The translations under genes and the position numbers were made by a program. A DNA stretch of 64,000 nucleotides from Mayamaea pseudoterrestris (taxonomy: Eukaryota), in NCBI GenBank assembly GCA_027923505.1, contig BROI01000003.1, forward strand, positions 1,178,001-1,242,000, written 5' to 3'. Shown in pieces: positions 47,970 through 60,273 of the stretch (position 1 is its first letter; each line of letters starts with the position of its first letter). Below the pieces are notes generated by a model, which was given only the letters and a program-made list of their open reading frames with translations, had not been told where the DNA came from and did not search any database.

Positions 47970-50575
47970 ATGACGACTAGTATCAAGACGGCGACTGATA
48001 AGGAAACAACGGCTCGCAATTTGACGCAGGCGTTTGAAGCCCTTTGCGCGACTGACGATGCGGAAGCAAGCCATCAGTTGCGCGGCAGCACCCAGGCGCA
48101 CGCTGCAAGCTCCACTATGCAATTATCCAAGCGATGTACTACTAGTGAAAAGAGCAAGAAGCCTGCACTGATTTCACCAACGAGCGTGACAGATGCCTTT
48201 CGCTCCAGTAGCTCGCTCGCGGCAGCGCCATTGACGACAACGCTATGCGCATCCTCCTCCATGAGCCACGAGACGGATGTACGACTGCAGGCAATTCCAC
48301 ATTCAAAACAGGGAGACTATCAATTAAAGTTGCATTCGGATCTACAGCGCGACTTGTCGCAGGCTTGCGTTCAGCGCATTGCCTTTTACTCGGTCATTCA
48401 CGACGTGAACAAGGAGGCGTCTGCCCTAATGGCGGTGGATACGATTCGTTTGTATGGCAACATGCAGCAACAAGCGTTGACGCAAGACCAGCATGTCTTG
48501 GAGGAACATTCGCCGCTGGTGCAAGCGGCCATGGGCGTTACTGGGGCAAGTGCTTCGTACAACGCTACACACTTGAAATTGAACGAATCTTGTGTTAACA
48601 ACACGTACCAACCTTTTCAAGTTGCCATTGTGGACGAGGAAGAGTGGTTGCTTGCCACAATTTCCACCCGCGATCCAGCCGAGCGACGCGCCTGCCCCGA
48701 TACCTTTTCCCAAGCCATGGGTGAGCTCGAGTATGAGAGTCTTTCGCCGAGTGGCATTTCCAATCACGCGCGGACGCAACTGTGGAAACCCAGTCGAAGC
48801 TGGTGGGAAGCCAAGTCGGGAAAGAATCCCTGGATTGAACCTATTTCACACAATAAGCGATGGCGGTGAGTACTATTTTATCATGTGTTCTGGCAATGAC
48901 TAGCGTTTTCTGTCAGAGACTCATGTTTCCACTACGATCTCCTTTGGCTTTCAGATACTTGTGGCCACTGATTCACTACCACAAGTTTCTAGCCAAGTGT
49001 ATTAAGAAGCTGAAGCGCAATGGAGTTGACGTGAAGCATAGCGTCACGCCCGTTTCGGTCTTTTTGCGCGAGGAAGTTTGCGCCATTTCGGATCACTTGG
49101 CTGCCCTGTCGCTGTTTGGGTCGGACGAATGGATGGCATGCCTCCAAAAGTTTACTGGGTGGTGCGAAATAGAGGCAGAACACTATTACCGCGGTGCAAT
49201 TGAGCAGCTCAAACTTCGACCTGTTGAAGAGCCAGGTGACATTGATAGCCCGCTCTTAAGGAGCCAGATTGACAAGCACTTTTTGAGCAGCATGGCGAAT
49301 GCTCGAGCGCAAATGCGCGAAAATGCGCCGCCGACGTCTCATCGAGGCAAAATTAGGCCTCAAGGGAATGGGGCGCCTCCGGTGTACCCGCGTTACAATC
49401 CGGCAATCCCAAAGCAAGGTTTGCAGCAGCCAATGCCAGGGTCGGTTGATTCGCGTCGTCAGCGTGGACGGCATTTCGCGAACCAGCAATATGCACCGCC
49501 ACACCATCGTCCCCAATGGATGACCCCGCAGCAGGCGTGGGAGCATTCACAACAATTGAATGCTGCAGCTGGCGGCTATTGCGACAGCTCAAGCGATCAC
49601 TCGACGTTGTCGGTGGATAGCTACCAGACAATGCCCATGTACCACGCTGGCGGTCCAATGCCTTTTCACCCAGGCTACCATCCGTACCCATATCATGCAG
49701 CACCGAGCTCTGATGCGTCACAGGCGTCGACTGTGGCGTTTGGTTACACTGATCCCAGCATGTGCCATCCGGACATGCAGTATCCACATGGGCAGCCGCA
49801 GCAGTGGGTCGACCCAAACATTGCCTATCACATGCAGATGCAGGCACATGGTCAGTATTTTACGCCATCTCCGCTTGTGTCGCCGCCAAAAGAAGATGCT
49901 GCATCGGACGAACTCTACATGGCCCCTCCCGCGGAAACGACACCTGAAAAGGCCACGACTGACGAAGACTCCAATGGTTTAAATACCTCAATGTCGCAGT
50001 CACCCTTTTGGTCACATTTGCACCAGGCTGCCATGGCCAATCTTACAACGCCTGTCAAGGCATCGCCGATGGCACCGCGACGATTTGGAGACGATGATGA
50101 TGCACTCCTGGCGACGTTTGGCAACGATGATGCCACAGACTACTCTGTCAACGCTCAACCACTGTTGCTGCAGAATGGGCATTATTATGGAAATTATTTT
50201 GGCACAGCTGTAAGTGCGGGGTATTGATGTCATTGGAAAGGCTTGATTGATGGCCCACTCACTCACTCAAACCACTTCTTATGTCAACAGTTTGGTGTCA
50301 CACCCGATGGCTACGCTCCACCGTCACCGGCTACACAGTTCATGATGTCACCGCCAAATGCTGGGGCTTACAATTACGGATATGGAGTTTCACCTTCCCG
50401 GAAGAAGTCAACGTCGCGTGCTAACGGCGGACTTTTGCACGGTTCGGAAGACAATCCACTGTCGATAGAGACTGCTCGTGGCGCTCACAAGATCACCCCC
50501 GTACGATTAGACCAGGAATCACCTACGACGGTCGAAACCACGGCGGAAACGGAGAGCCTACACGAAACGTCGTAG
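47970..50575 (+). CDS. Hypothetical protein, 3 exons
   Basis: Long ORFs joined by GT-AG introns (about 48866-48954 and 50211-50290); conserved-looking core LWKPSRSWWEAKSGKNPWIEP...YLWPLIHYHKFL; P/Q-rich tail. Confidence 0.7.
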
Positions 50576-50749
50576 TAGATACACTGGCTGACGAGTACTT
50601 GTATGAATGCAAACGCTGACCCAGTGCGAGACTGTGCCTCTAGGTACTATATTTTCAAATATGAATAAACAACCATTATGTTATGTATCACAATGCGCCT
50701 TTAAGGGAGAGCGTATACAGTAGTTTTTACGTCTTACTAACAAATAGAG

Positions 50750-53700
50750 CTACAGTTCCGTCTTTTCAGCAGGAGGGTCAGTCGCATTGGTGGACTCCGC
50801 AGAGGCGCCTCCATTCGTCGACTCTTCCGCTTCATCACCATCCGCATTGCTCGCTGCCGTCGTGCTATCCGTTGTGGTCGAATTCTCGTCAGCGGCGGGC
50901 GATGTTGCATTCTCAGCCTTTGTCTCATTTTTTATTGGTTTCGGTTTGGGCTTTCGGCTCAGCTTCATGACGAGGGCTTCGACATCCTTGGTTTGAAGTG
51001 GAACCTCAGCACTCGTAAAAGCTGGGTCCTCGTGTGGCTTCTTTGCCGCCTGTGCATCCTCTTTGTCAGCGATCCACTTTCGCACGTCGTTAATGGCTGC
51101 TGCAACCGGTTCCTTTTCGTCTGCTGCAATGTGAGGCATAGTCTTTTCCCATTTTGTCATAAGTTGTTCTATTTCGTCAAGCTTTTTCTTCAAAGCGACG
51201 ATCGCAGCAGGACGTTCGGTGGATTCCTTAATTCTGAGCAAAATCTTTTCGAATGGAGTGGAAAGCTCGGCAAATTTGTCTTCCATGTTGGGGAAATCAG
51301 CGCTGTATCCTTCGTCATCCATCCACTCTTGTGCGTCCTCAGCCAGCTTTCGAACAACGTCCCTCTGTTCTGCTGTCGTCACCTTTTCAATCGCCTCAGC
51401 ATCGTCTTCAAGCTTATTTTTGATTTTGTAAATGTAAGCTTCGAGATTATTCCGAGACTCTTCCAGCATCATGCGTTCCTTATCGCGCTGCGCCATTTCC
51501 AAAAGCTTTTGCTTGGACGCGGCAAGAACCTCGGCCGAATGAGGCTGAACCCTGCCTTCGTAGTAAGTTGTCACGTCCAAGGTCTTCTTATGCAGTCGTT
51601 TCTTTTCCTGTGGGACAAAAGCGGGTTCAAGCGGCCGTATGCCAAACAGTCCCTGAGGTTAGACCTCGCTAGTTAACAATGGTCATGCAGCATAATTGCT
51701 CAACAAGCAACGCATAGTCTTACCTTGGTGACTTTAATTTTCTTCTTTGGCTTTTCTGCCGCTTTTCGCTTCGTATCTGCTGCTTTATCGGTTGCGTTGG
51801 ATTCCGTCTCGTCGGTGGCAGTGTCATTCGCCGCTTCTGTTGCAGAAGCGTCGCTCTCGGTTGTTTCGTTTGCAGCGTTCTCATCGTCCACCTCCACTTC
51901 TTCTTCCACAGTAAACGTATCTTCAACACTTGCTTCTGCTTTAATTAGTTGCGTAATGCCCGAAGAGCTAAGCTCAAACTGGAGCGAAACCTTAGGCTTG
52001 CCCAGTTTCTTCGCCTCCATTTCCTTGGCAAACGCCTCAACACCGGTAATATTGTACTTTTCGATTGACAAATCGGTTCCTTGCGGCAGAACTTCATCTT
52101 CAACATAATCCAGCGAACAATGAATGTCCTGGTCGTGAGTAAAAGCAATCGTCTTTTTCACTCCAAGCTTACCAAAGGACTTGAAGAGTACCGTCGTTTT
52201 GCTCCACGACTCCTCGTCGTTTTCAGAAACCGTGGCACCAGCCAAATCCGACAGTGACACTTGCATTGGAAATGGATTCAAATCAGTCATACCAACGTGT
52301 CGCACTCGAAAGGCTGTCGAAATGTTGGCACCAGCGAACGCTGCGCCCAAGGCCATGCTTTCATCAGAATTGATATGCAAACCCACTTCCATATCACCAA
52401 ATGTTTTGCCCAGTTCCGACTGAATCTTTGGAATACGCATGCCGCCTCCAATAAGCTCCATGCCTGTCAAATCAGCTGCAGTCTTGTTGGCCATTTGCAA
52501 TACACGAAGGGCAGGCTCCATGGCTCTCTGCAACAAACTAGCCGACATTTCCTCCAGCTGCGAGCGCGAAACGTGCGTCGCCAGTGCAACATCGTCGTGA
52601 ACGCCCTCAATGTGCACTGGAATTTCAACATTGGCACTGAGCACGTGCTTGATCTTGTTAGCCTGGATACGAAGCTTGGTCATGGCGCGAGGAAACTGGC
52701 GAACGTCTTGACCCTTGCGTCGACCCGTCTTTTCCCAAACGCCGTTGAAGTGATCGGCCAAGTGCTCCACCAGTAAATGATCAAAAGCATTACCACCCAA
52801 AGTAGTGTCCCATGCCTTGCTCAAAACTTCCAAAGCAGGCGATGGCTTTGGCTTGCCATACTTTTGCGGCTGCTCGTACGAAAAGAAGCGAATCAACGAG
52901 ACTTGCAACGAGGAAGCTCCCATGTTGTAAAACAGCAAAAGCTGATCACCATCTGCAAACGTCTTGTCCATGGCATAATGCAACGCTGCCGCCGTCGTTT
53001 CGTCAATGAGCGTCAAAACGTTCAAGTCGGCAAGTTTGGCCGCATCCAGTAGCGCCAGTCGCTCCTTTTGCGTCGAATAGCTGGGAACCGTCAACACAAT
53101 GTCCTTTGGTGCCACGCTCATGCTTCCTCCCTGCTCGGCCGCGTAGGCGAGTGAAATGTCCACCGCATGCGTCAACACCATGGCGACAAGTTCCTCCGGT
53201 GTAAAGCTTTGGCCGTCCACGTTCAAGGTGACTCCGGAGCGGGTTTCGTTGTAGGTGGCGCCAATCGGGTAGTGACGCTCCGCGAGGACCTGTAGAAGAA
53301 GAAAGAAATGTGATCAGATACATGTATCACTTTATACTGCATTCATCTCATTTTTTCCTATATACTTCTCTTTCATCATATTTTTTTTACCATACCTGCA
53401 CAATGGGATGTTCCTCATCACGGCCCAAGAGTACACTCATTGCCTCCGGCGTTTGATGCGACTTTCGCGCCAGCAGTGACGCTGCATCGGCTCCGTAGAA
53501 GCGCTGATTCTGATCAAACAAAATCATTTGCTCCGTCTTGCGCTTGCTGTGCAGATTGGTGACAATTTCCAGCGGACTTCCCGACTGCACCAGCGCCACC
53601 TTCATGTAGAGACTGCCCAGGTCGACGCCGAGAATGGCGCGGGCATGAACTGATTGTGTAGCGAAAAGTAGGAGCAAGCAGGGAATTACTGCAAAGAGAA

Positions 53701-53752
53701 GAGTCAACTGATTCTTCATTCTGCTGCAGCTACTGGTAGTTGTTCGAGACAT
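50750..53752 (-). CDS. HYOU1: ER Hsp70-family nucleotide exchange factor Grp170/HYOU1, 3 exons
   Basis: Signal peptide; LGVDLGS, LIDETTAAAL, YNMGASS, LGG..FD, GGGMRIPK and NSDESMALGA motifs; C-terminal KTEL ER-retention signal. Confidence 0.92.
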
Positions 53753-54593
53753 GACTGCAACTTGATGTGATGGCCGATGAACCGATGAATGATGGAACGA
53801 GCCGGGGTGCGAAAGACGTAAATTGAAAGCGCAAATTATCCACTCGATGCTCTCTAAATGAGACTCCAAATCAGCAGGAATTGACGTTCAAGTATTGTAA
53901 CAAAGTAATGATATGCTACTCGACTACAAGTATCATTCGTCGCATTCGACTCGTCGCGCGTTTCCAAGGCGAACATCCACGTGTTGGCGCGATTCACTTG
54001 TGCGGCTCTCGAGGGCATGACGCATGCAATAGAGTCATGGTACGACAAACTTTTCACGGGTGTATTTTCATTGCAGCTCTCAATTGAAAACGTAGTTTTT
54101 GGCAGTATGTATTCACTGAAATTGTGCACAAATCGGGCATCATAGTACAATGCTTTCAACGGGATCAGACGCTGTTACTATAGTTAGCAGAACTACGGTC
54201 ATTGGTGCATTAATGTTTGATGTATACCGGTACGCAACGGAAGCATCGCAGGGATGTGAGAGTCGCATAGGCATGCTCCGTTTCCATTCCTCTTCCCCGG
54301 CCCCAATAAAATTGAACAAGTCTGCTAATGCTCGTTGACTCAACTAGCTGACCCGCTGAAGAATAGAATTGCCGACGCATTGCTGCAACTGAAACAAGTT
54401 TTGGATGCTATTGCTTGTACGTCTTTCATACCTCGCCGTGGAACGGCCGCGAAAGAACATTGGACGAGTGTCCTTTTGCGCATCAATGAATAGTGGATCA
54501 ACTTAAATGTTAATTCATAGATTCACTTGTCAATAAGCAAGTTTCATCGTTAATAATTTGGTTTATTGACACCAAAAGCGTGTCCGCCTCGTT

Positions 54594-55250
54594 TCAATTA
54601 TGTTTCGCTGCCGCTGCCCCCTTTTCAATCAAGCCGATAGCAACGTCTCCGCGCTTCCGCATTTCTTTGCATAGCTGCTTGTGCCTTTTCCAGTCGACCA
54701 ATTGACAATTCTCGCAACAATAGGCGGTTGTGGCGCATCTGCTACACTCAAACATTTCATTCACTGGCACCTTTTTGCGACATTTCGGATTCCGACAGTG
54801 TTCATAATGGGTCGCCCGCTTCAATTTCTCGGCAAGCTCGACAAAGCAGCGACATGGCGCTCGCTCGTAAAGGTAAAGCTTCAGCTTTTCTTCGGAAAAC
54901 ATGTCTTGCACGAATTTCGTCACGTCAAAATTGGAGAGGTGAATAGTCATTTCGACCATACTAATCGTGCGTACAATCGCTTTGACTTGGTATGTCAAGA
55001 GTGAATCCAATCGATGCTGTTTGTTGCTCAGCATGCGAAGACCTGTTGCAGTCAGCTTCCTGGCCAAGGTAGCTCCGCCGAACGGGCCAAAAATGGCATT
55101 CTTAAGGTCCTGCGGCATACGTTCAGTTAGGGAAAGGTTTGTATCAAGAATGTGGCGCATGCAGACATTCATGGACTCTTTGTATGGATCACTTCCATCC
55201 TCAAGCACAGTAGAATACCCATGGTCACATGGTGTTGTTGCAGCGGCCAT
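54594..55250 (-). CDS. MYND zinc-finger protein
   Basis: C...C....CSRC...YC...CQ..DWKRHK..C motif. Confidence 0.8.
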   Translation of the reverse strand: MAAATTPCDHGYSTVLEDGSDPYKESMNVCMRHILDTNLSLTERMPQDLKNAIFGPFGGATLARKLTATGLRMLSNKQHRLDSLLTYQVKAIVRTISMVEMTIHLSNFDVTKFVQDMFSEEKLKLYLYERAPCRCFVELAEKLKRATHYEHCRNPKCRKKVPVNEMFECSRCATTAYCCENCQLVDWKRHKQLCKEMRKRGDVAIGLIEKGAAAAKHN

Positions 55251-55595
55251 AATATCAAGGTAAGTGTGTATCGAGATTCAAGATACAAAGATACAAAGTG
55301 GCATATGGCATGCAACATAATGCCACGAAGGAGCAAAGTTAAGAGTCGCATCGGCATGCTAATAAATGTCCTGTGACGTAGTTTTCAAGAGATAAATAGA
55401 TGTACTTAACCCCAAAAGTAGTTTTCATTCCCGTTTTCATTCTTGTCACGCTTTCTTCCATTCGAATCGAAACTGCCACCATGAGAATCGACTTCGGCGC
55501 ACTACTTTGGAAAAGCACAATCGATCATTGATTGCGAGGCAGCAGGCTCAATCAAAAGTAGAAAAGATATCTCACCAGCAAATCTATTCTATTTG

Positions 55596-57088
55596 ATGAA
55601 TATCCTCAACATTATGACCGACAGCAATAGCAATACAAACGCCAACGCTGCAACGCCGGCTAGCAATAACGATGACAATAATAATGAGCGCATCATGCAC
55701 ACTCGCACCTACCAAAACTTGATCTTTGCAACGGCGTTGATCGCTGGAACAGCTGCCTCCATTCTGAGCAAGAGTTTGTTGGAGACGCATGGCAAATTGA
55801 ACGATCATCAAGACGGCGAAGACGAAAAGACGGAGCAGTTCGCCAAGCCATTGGCACTGACGCTTGGCATGTTTGTGAGCTTGATGCTGGTTGGATTACC
55901 GCTGCATCTACTGGTCGTCTACATGAAGATTCCATTTCCAGGATACATTCACATTCGACGATCCGGCAACGCCATTGTCGTCGAGGCGCCATCGGACGAT
56001 GGCGACGAAACGACGCCACTCATCATTCCGCGCGACGGCGGCGACTTGAATTCAGTGCCATCATGGATGTACTTGTATTTGGGCATGCCGGGGCTCTTTG
56101 ACTTGCTAGCCACGGCGCTGGCCATGATTGGACTCATGTATGTCAATGTGAGCGCCTACCAGTTGCTTCGTGCCACTGGCATTGTGTGGTCGACGGTGCT
56201 GCATCAGAATCTGTTTGCGCAGCGGTACTTTTTCTTTCAATGGATTGGCGTGGTGTGGAATGTTTTTGCCATCTTTTTGGTAATTCTCGCGAGCGTATTG
56301 AATGCCTGCTTTGAACCATCCGTTAGTACGAGAGCAACGCTTGGTGGCATTGCACTGCTGCTTCTTTCGACATTGGTGCAGTCGCTCCAGTTGGTGGCGG
56401 AGGAAAAGGTGATGAAGGAGGATGCTCCGCGGGCTCCTCCACTCTTGCTGCTCGGCATGGAGGGACTCTGGGGAACATTGTTGTGCGGGGGGATCTTGTA
56501 TCCGATCGCCATGTGGATTCCGGGCAGCGACCATGGGTCGTTGGAGAGTCCGCACAGTGCCTGGGCCATGCTGGTGCATACACCGGCGATTCGAAACATG
56601 TTTCTATTGTACATGGTGTCAATCTGTCTGTACAGCTTGTTTTCCTTGCTGCGTAAGTACAAAGGAAGAGTGGAGAGCACTATTGTATTGTCGACTTGTA
56701 ATGCTCACAACATACCATTTCTCTCACTTGTTACGCAGTCACAGTCAGCTTGAGCAGTACATGGCATAACATTCTCGACAATGCTCGTCTACCGCTTGTT
56801 TGGGGCGTTGACCTTGTCATCTACTACTTTGTGACAAAGGGTAACTATGGAGAGCCTTGGACGGGTTACAGTTGGCTGCAGCTGGCTGGTCTCATTTTCT
56901 TGATTTATGGTACATGCATTTACAATGCACCCGACACGCCGTCAATTCGCTTGGAGGGACAGTGGTACGCCTTGGGCATTAATCTTGCTCCAGAATATGC
57001 CGAGATTGAATTGCAGCGCAACCCTGCAGTTCCTGGTGTGGTCAAGTGGCTCGGAAGTGCGCTTGGTCGGCGATTAAAGTTTGGGTAG
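55596..57088 (+). CDS. SLC35F6-like (EamA/nucleotide-sugar) transporter, 2 exons
   Basis: FAKPL...MF, FDLLAT, SAYQLLR, QLVAEEK, GMEGLWG and ILDNAR...VW motifs; intron at about 56653-56738. Confidence 0.85.
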
Positions 57089-57234
57089 TTGAAATTGCGT
57101 TGGATGGAGTTTCGCTACAGTTTGGACCTCGTTTTGCCTAATTATAGAAGTGTACAAAACGAAAGCAGCCCAGTCAGAGTCGAAAGCAGCTACCTATTGT
57201 ATTAAATTACTTGTATTTCAAACCCATTGTTTTA

Positions 57235-59015
57235 CTACGTACTCTTTAGAGTTGGTTTTGCCGCCGGTGCGCCCATCAATGGAGGCACCTTGGCGCCCGA
57301 CGCTTGCGCACTCGTGCCCCACGTTCCCATGGTAACCAACTCCTCTGACGCCGTCGGATGGATCGCTACGGACGCATCGAAATCAGCCTTGGTGGCACCC
57401 ATCTTCATGGCCACGCCGAATCCTTGCATAATCTCATCCGCTCCCATCCCAATCATGTGCAAACCAACCACCTGCTCTTCGACTCCAGCGCAAATGATCT
57501 TGCACTTTGTCTTGGGTTTGTCGCCAGGTTCCATATCAAACATGGAGTAGTATAAGTTTACAAATGTCGAGTTGTAAATGTTCAAATTGTCGCGTCCATA
57601 CTTTTCGACAGCTTGCTTCTCCGTCAACCCGCAGGTCCCAATGACGGGATGCGAAAAGACCACCGTCGGCACCAAGTCGTAACTCGCCTTGGCTTCTGTA
57701 ATGCCACCAAATAGTCGATCCGCCAATCGGCGTCCCGCCGCAATCGCCATGGGTGTTAGCTCGACCTTGCCGCAAACATCTCCAAGCGCCAAAATGTTGT
57801 CGACGTTGGTGTTTTGATACTCGTCGACCAGTATAGCTTCCGACTCTTCGTGCTGCTTGACTCCAACCGCCTCCAAGTGTAATCCCTTGACGCAGGGAAT
57901 GCATCCGTAATTTCCGTCCAAGTTTGGCAATCGACCCGGTGCCATGAGGACAACGTCGGCCCCTTCAATGACTTTACCATTTTTGCAAGTAACCTTCTTC
58001 TTGCCAGTTTGCTCGTCCAGTTCCACCTTGTCCACTCCTTCCGTGTTGCGATGAATGATCATTCCCTGCCGCTGCATTTCCGCGTCCAAAAAATCGGAAA
58101 TGTCCTCGTCAAACTCGCGCATGGCCTTGTGCTTGCGCACCACCAAGTGCGTTTCGCTACCCAATCCGTTTAAGACTCCGGCGAGCTCCACTGATATGAT
58201 GGAACAAGATAGTTAGAGTGGTGAGTATGAGGATAGAACGACGCGAGGAATGCAAAGTGCAGAATTCTTACCTGCAATGTAACCAGCTCCAACAACCACC
58301 ACCTTTTCTGGTTGCTCCTCTAACTCGAAAAAGCCATCACTGGTAATGCAATGATCCTGCACTCCCTCACCTGGTGGCACCATTGGCATGCCACCCGTGG
58401 CAATCAAAATCTGGTCCGCCGTCACTTGCGTGTGACTCCCATCGTTGAGCGCCACTGCAACCGTATGTGCGTCAACAAAACTGGCCCATCCATCCAGTAG
58501 CTTGACACCCGCCTTTTCCAATCCGCTCACGTAAATACCGTTCAAGCGTTGAATATACTTGTCGCGTTTCTCCTTCATGAGTTTCCAGTCAATCTTGCCG
58601 GGTGCCGGCGCAAAGGTGTAGTGCGTGGCTTCGTGTTTGAGGGTTTCCGCCATGGTGGCGGCTTGAAACATGATCTTCTTTGGGACGCATCCCTTGTGGA
58701 CGCACTGGAATTATTAAAAGGATTTACTAGAGTACATGAATGAGTGGATGTAACGAGAAACAATTCATAAAAGAGAGCTTTCAAAAGAATCCTCTACTAC
58801 GGCAGCTCATCGTCTCTCACACAACACTTGCTTCACACACTCGTACGTACCGTTCCTCCCCAATGCTTTCCTTCAACCACGCACACCTTGCGGCCGTAGT
58901 TGACGGCGGCTCGCTTCGCCGAGCTCACGCCGCCCGATCCGCCGCCAATCACCAAGTAGTCGTAGTCGTAGTTATGGGACTGCTGCTGCTTTTCGTGAGA
59001 GCCTCGCAGCGCCAT
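57235..59015 (-). CDS. GSR: Glutathione reductase (3 exons: 59015-58851, 58704-58272, 58190-57235)
   Basis: [51 protein letters not shown] and HPTASEE motifs. Confidence 0.93.
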
Positions 59016-59226
59016 GATTCAAATTGTTTACTAGATGTCTTTACTTCTACGAGCAGGTATTCTATTTCAATCTTTTAATATTATCTTCTCCCGGTTTAAC
59101 AGAGGAGGCGCGATGGACGATGTGAGGGTGTGACTCGCTGACTTGGCGCGAGGACGACGAACAAAATGGAAAGATCCGCGAATGAACGCTATTTTCAAAG
59201 AATGAGTCATGTTTTACTTACTGTTA

Positions 59227-60211
59227 GGCGCGAAACTAGCGGCGGATGTTTCGTTGTTTCATTGCACCGTGCAATGAAACATGGTGCAACAAACCAATCA
59301 GCGGGCTTTCATTTTTCGTTGCACGGTGCAACCACGTCATCAAACTCCAACTCTAACTCTCAAAATGACGGTTCGTCGCGCATGCAACTCGCACAAAAAC
59401 CACCATGGTTGATCCTACAGAAACCAGCGCATAGCTTACCTATTTAGCCACCAAATTCCATTTTCTTCTGCAGATGGCTTCTTCATGCTTCATAGGACTA
59501 TATGGAAAAGAGCGTCACAATAGAAGTGTTGCGTTATTGCAGCAGCCTTCGTACAAAATGTTGCTCTTTGGCTATCATTTCGCCAACGCAGTTCCATCGC
59601 TTGCCTCTACCAATACCAGTAATTTAATGTTAACAAACAATAAAGCTACTAGTATAGTGAAAGCTTGTTAATAATGTAAAGTCTTGTGCTTGTAGAAGCG
59701 TGGGTGCCGGAGGACTGTTTGGTTGTAGTTGGAGTCTCGCTCGTTCCAACAGTACGCTTGACGAAACCACGACGCGGAAGGAATTTATGCCAATTAACCA
59801 ACCAAAAATGCTTGATGATAATGACAGTTCTTATCTCTGCTCTTTTCGTATCATGACGCTGCCTAGAAAGTGTCAATAAAGACGGTTGGGGCGGCATGAT
59901 CGTCGGTGGATTTCATGCACCGTCATGGCAAGATGTCACTGGATCTACAGGCTTAACTAGCCGCGGGATCATGCTAAATTTTGTTATGTGAGTCCTCTAT
60001 ATACTAACGATGATGCATGCAAAGTTTGGCTGCGGGACCAAGCTCCAAAGTGAAGATAGAGGCTCCAAACATCACCAAACATCACGGTGCAACGAGGGTA
60101 CGATGTTTCATTGCTCCGGATGCACGGTGCAACGTGAGTTCCGGGTGATTTGATGCACCGTGCATCACCGTGCAACGAAACATCGAAAAAAATCGCCGCT
60201 AATTCCGCCCC
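59227..60211. mobile_element. Non-autonomous PIF/Harbinger-type DNA transposon
   Basis: Ends read TTA|GGCGCGAAACTAGCGGCG and CGCCGCTAATTCCGCCCC|TTA (15/18 TIR identity, with similarity extending about 48 nt). The TTA target site is duplicated. Subterminal GCAC(C/G)GTGCA repeats occur at both ends. Confidence 0.82.
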
Positions 60212-60273
60212 TTAAGGTTCAGTCGGTTAGCTACTACTTTACGCACCAGGCTAACCAAGTTATCGTTTATTCT

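Noticed and set aside
54140..54490. Possible degenerate gene remnant downstream of the MYND gene
   Set aside because: It is short, interrupted by stops and has no identifiable motif.
59250..60180. Palindromic repeats as a CRISPR-like array
   Set aside because: Spacing is irregular and the repeats cluster at transposon ends; there are no cas genes and the context is eukaryotic.
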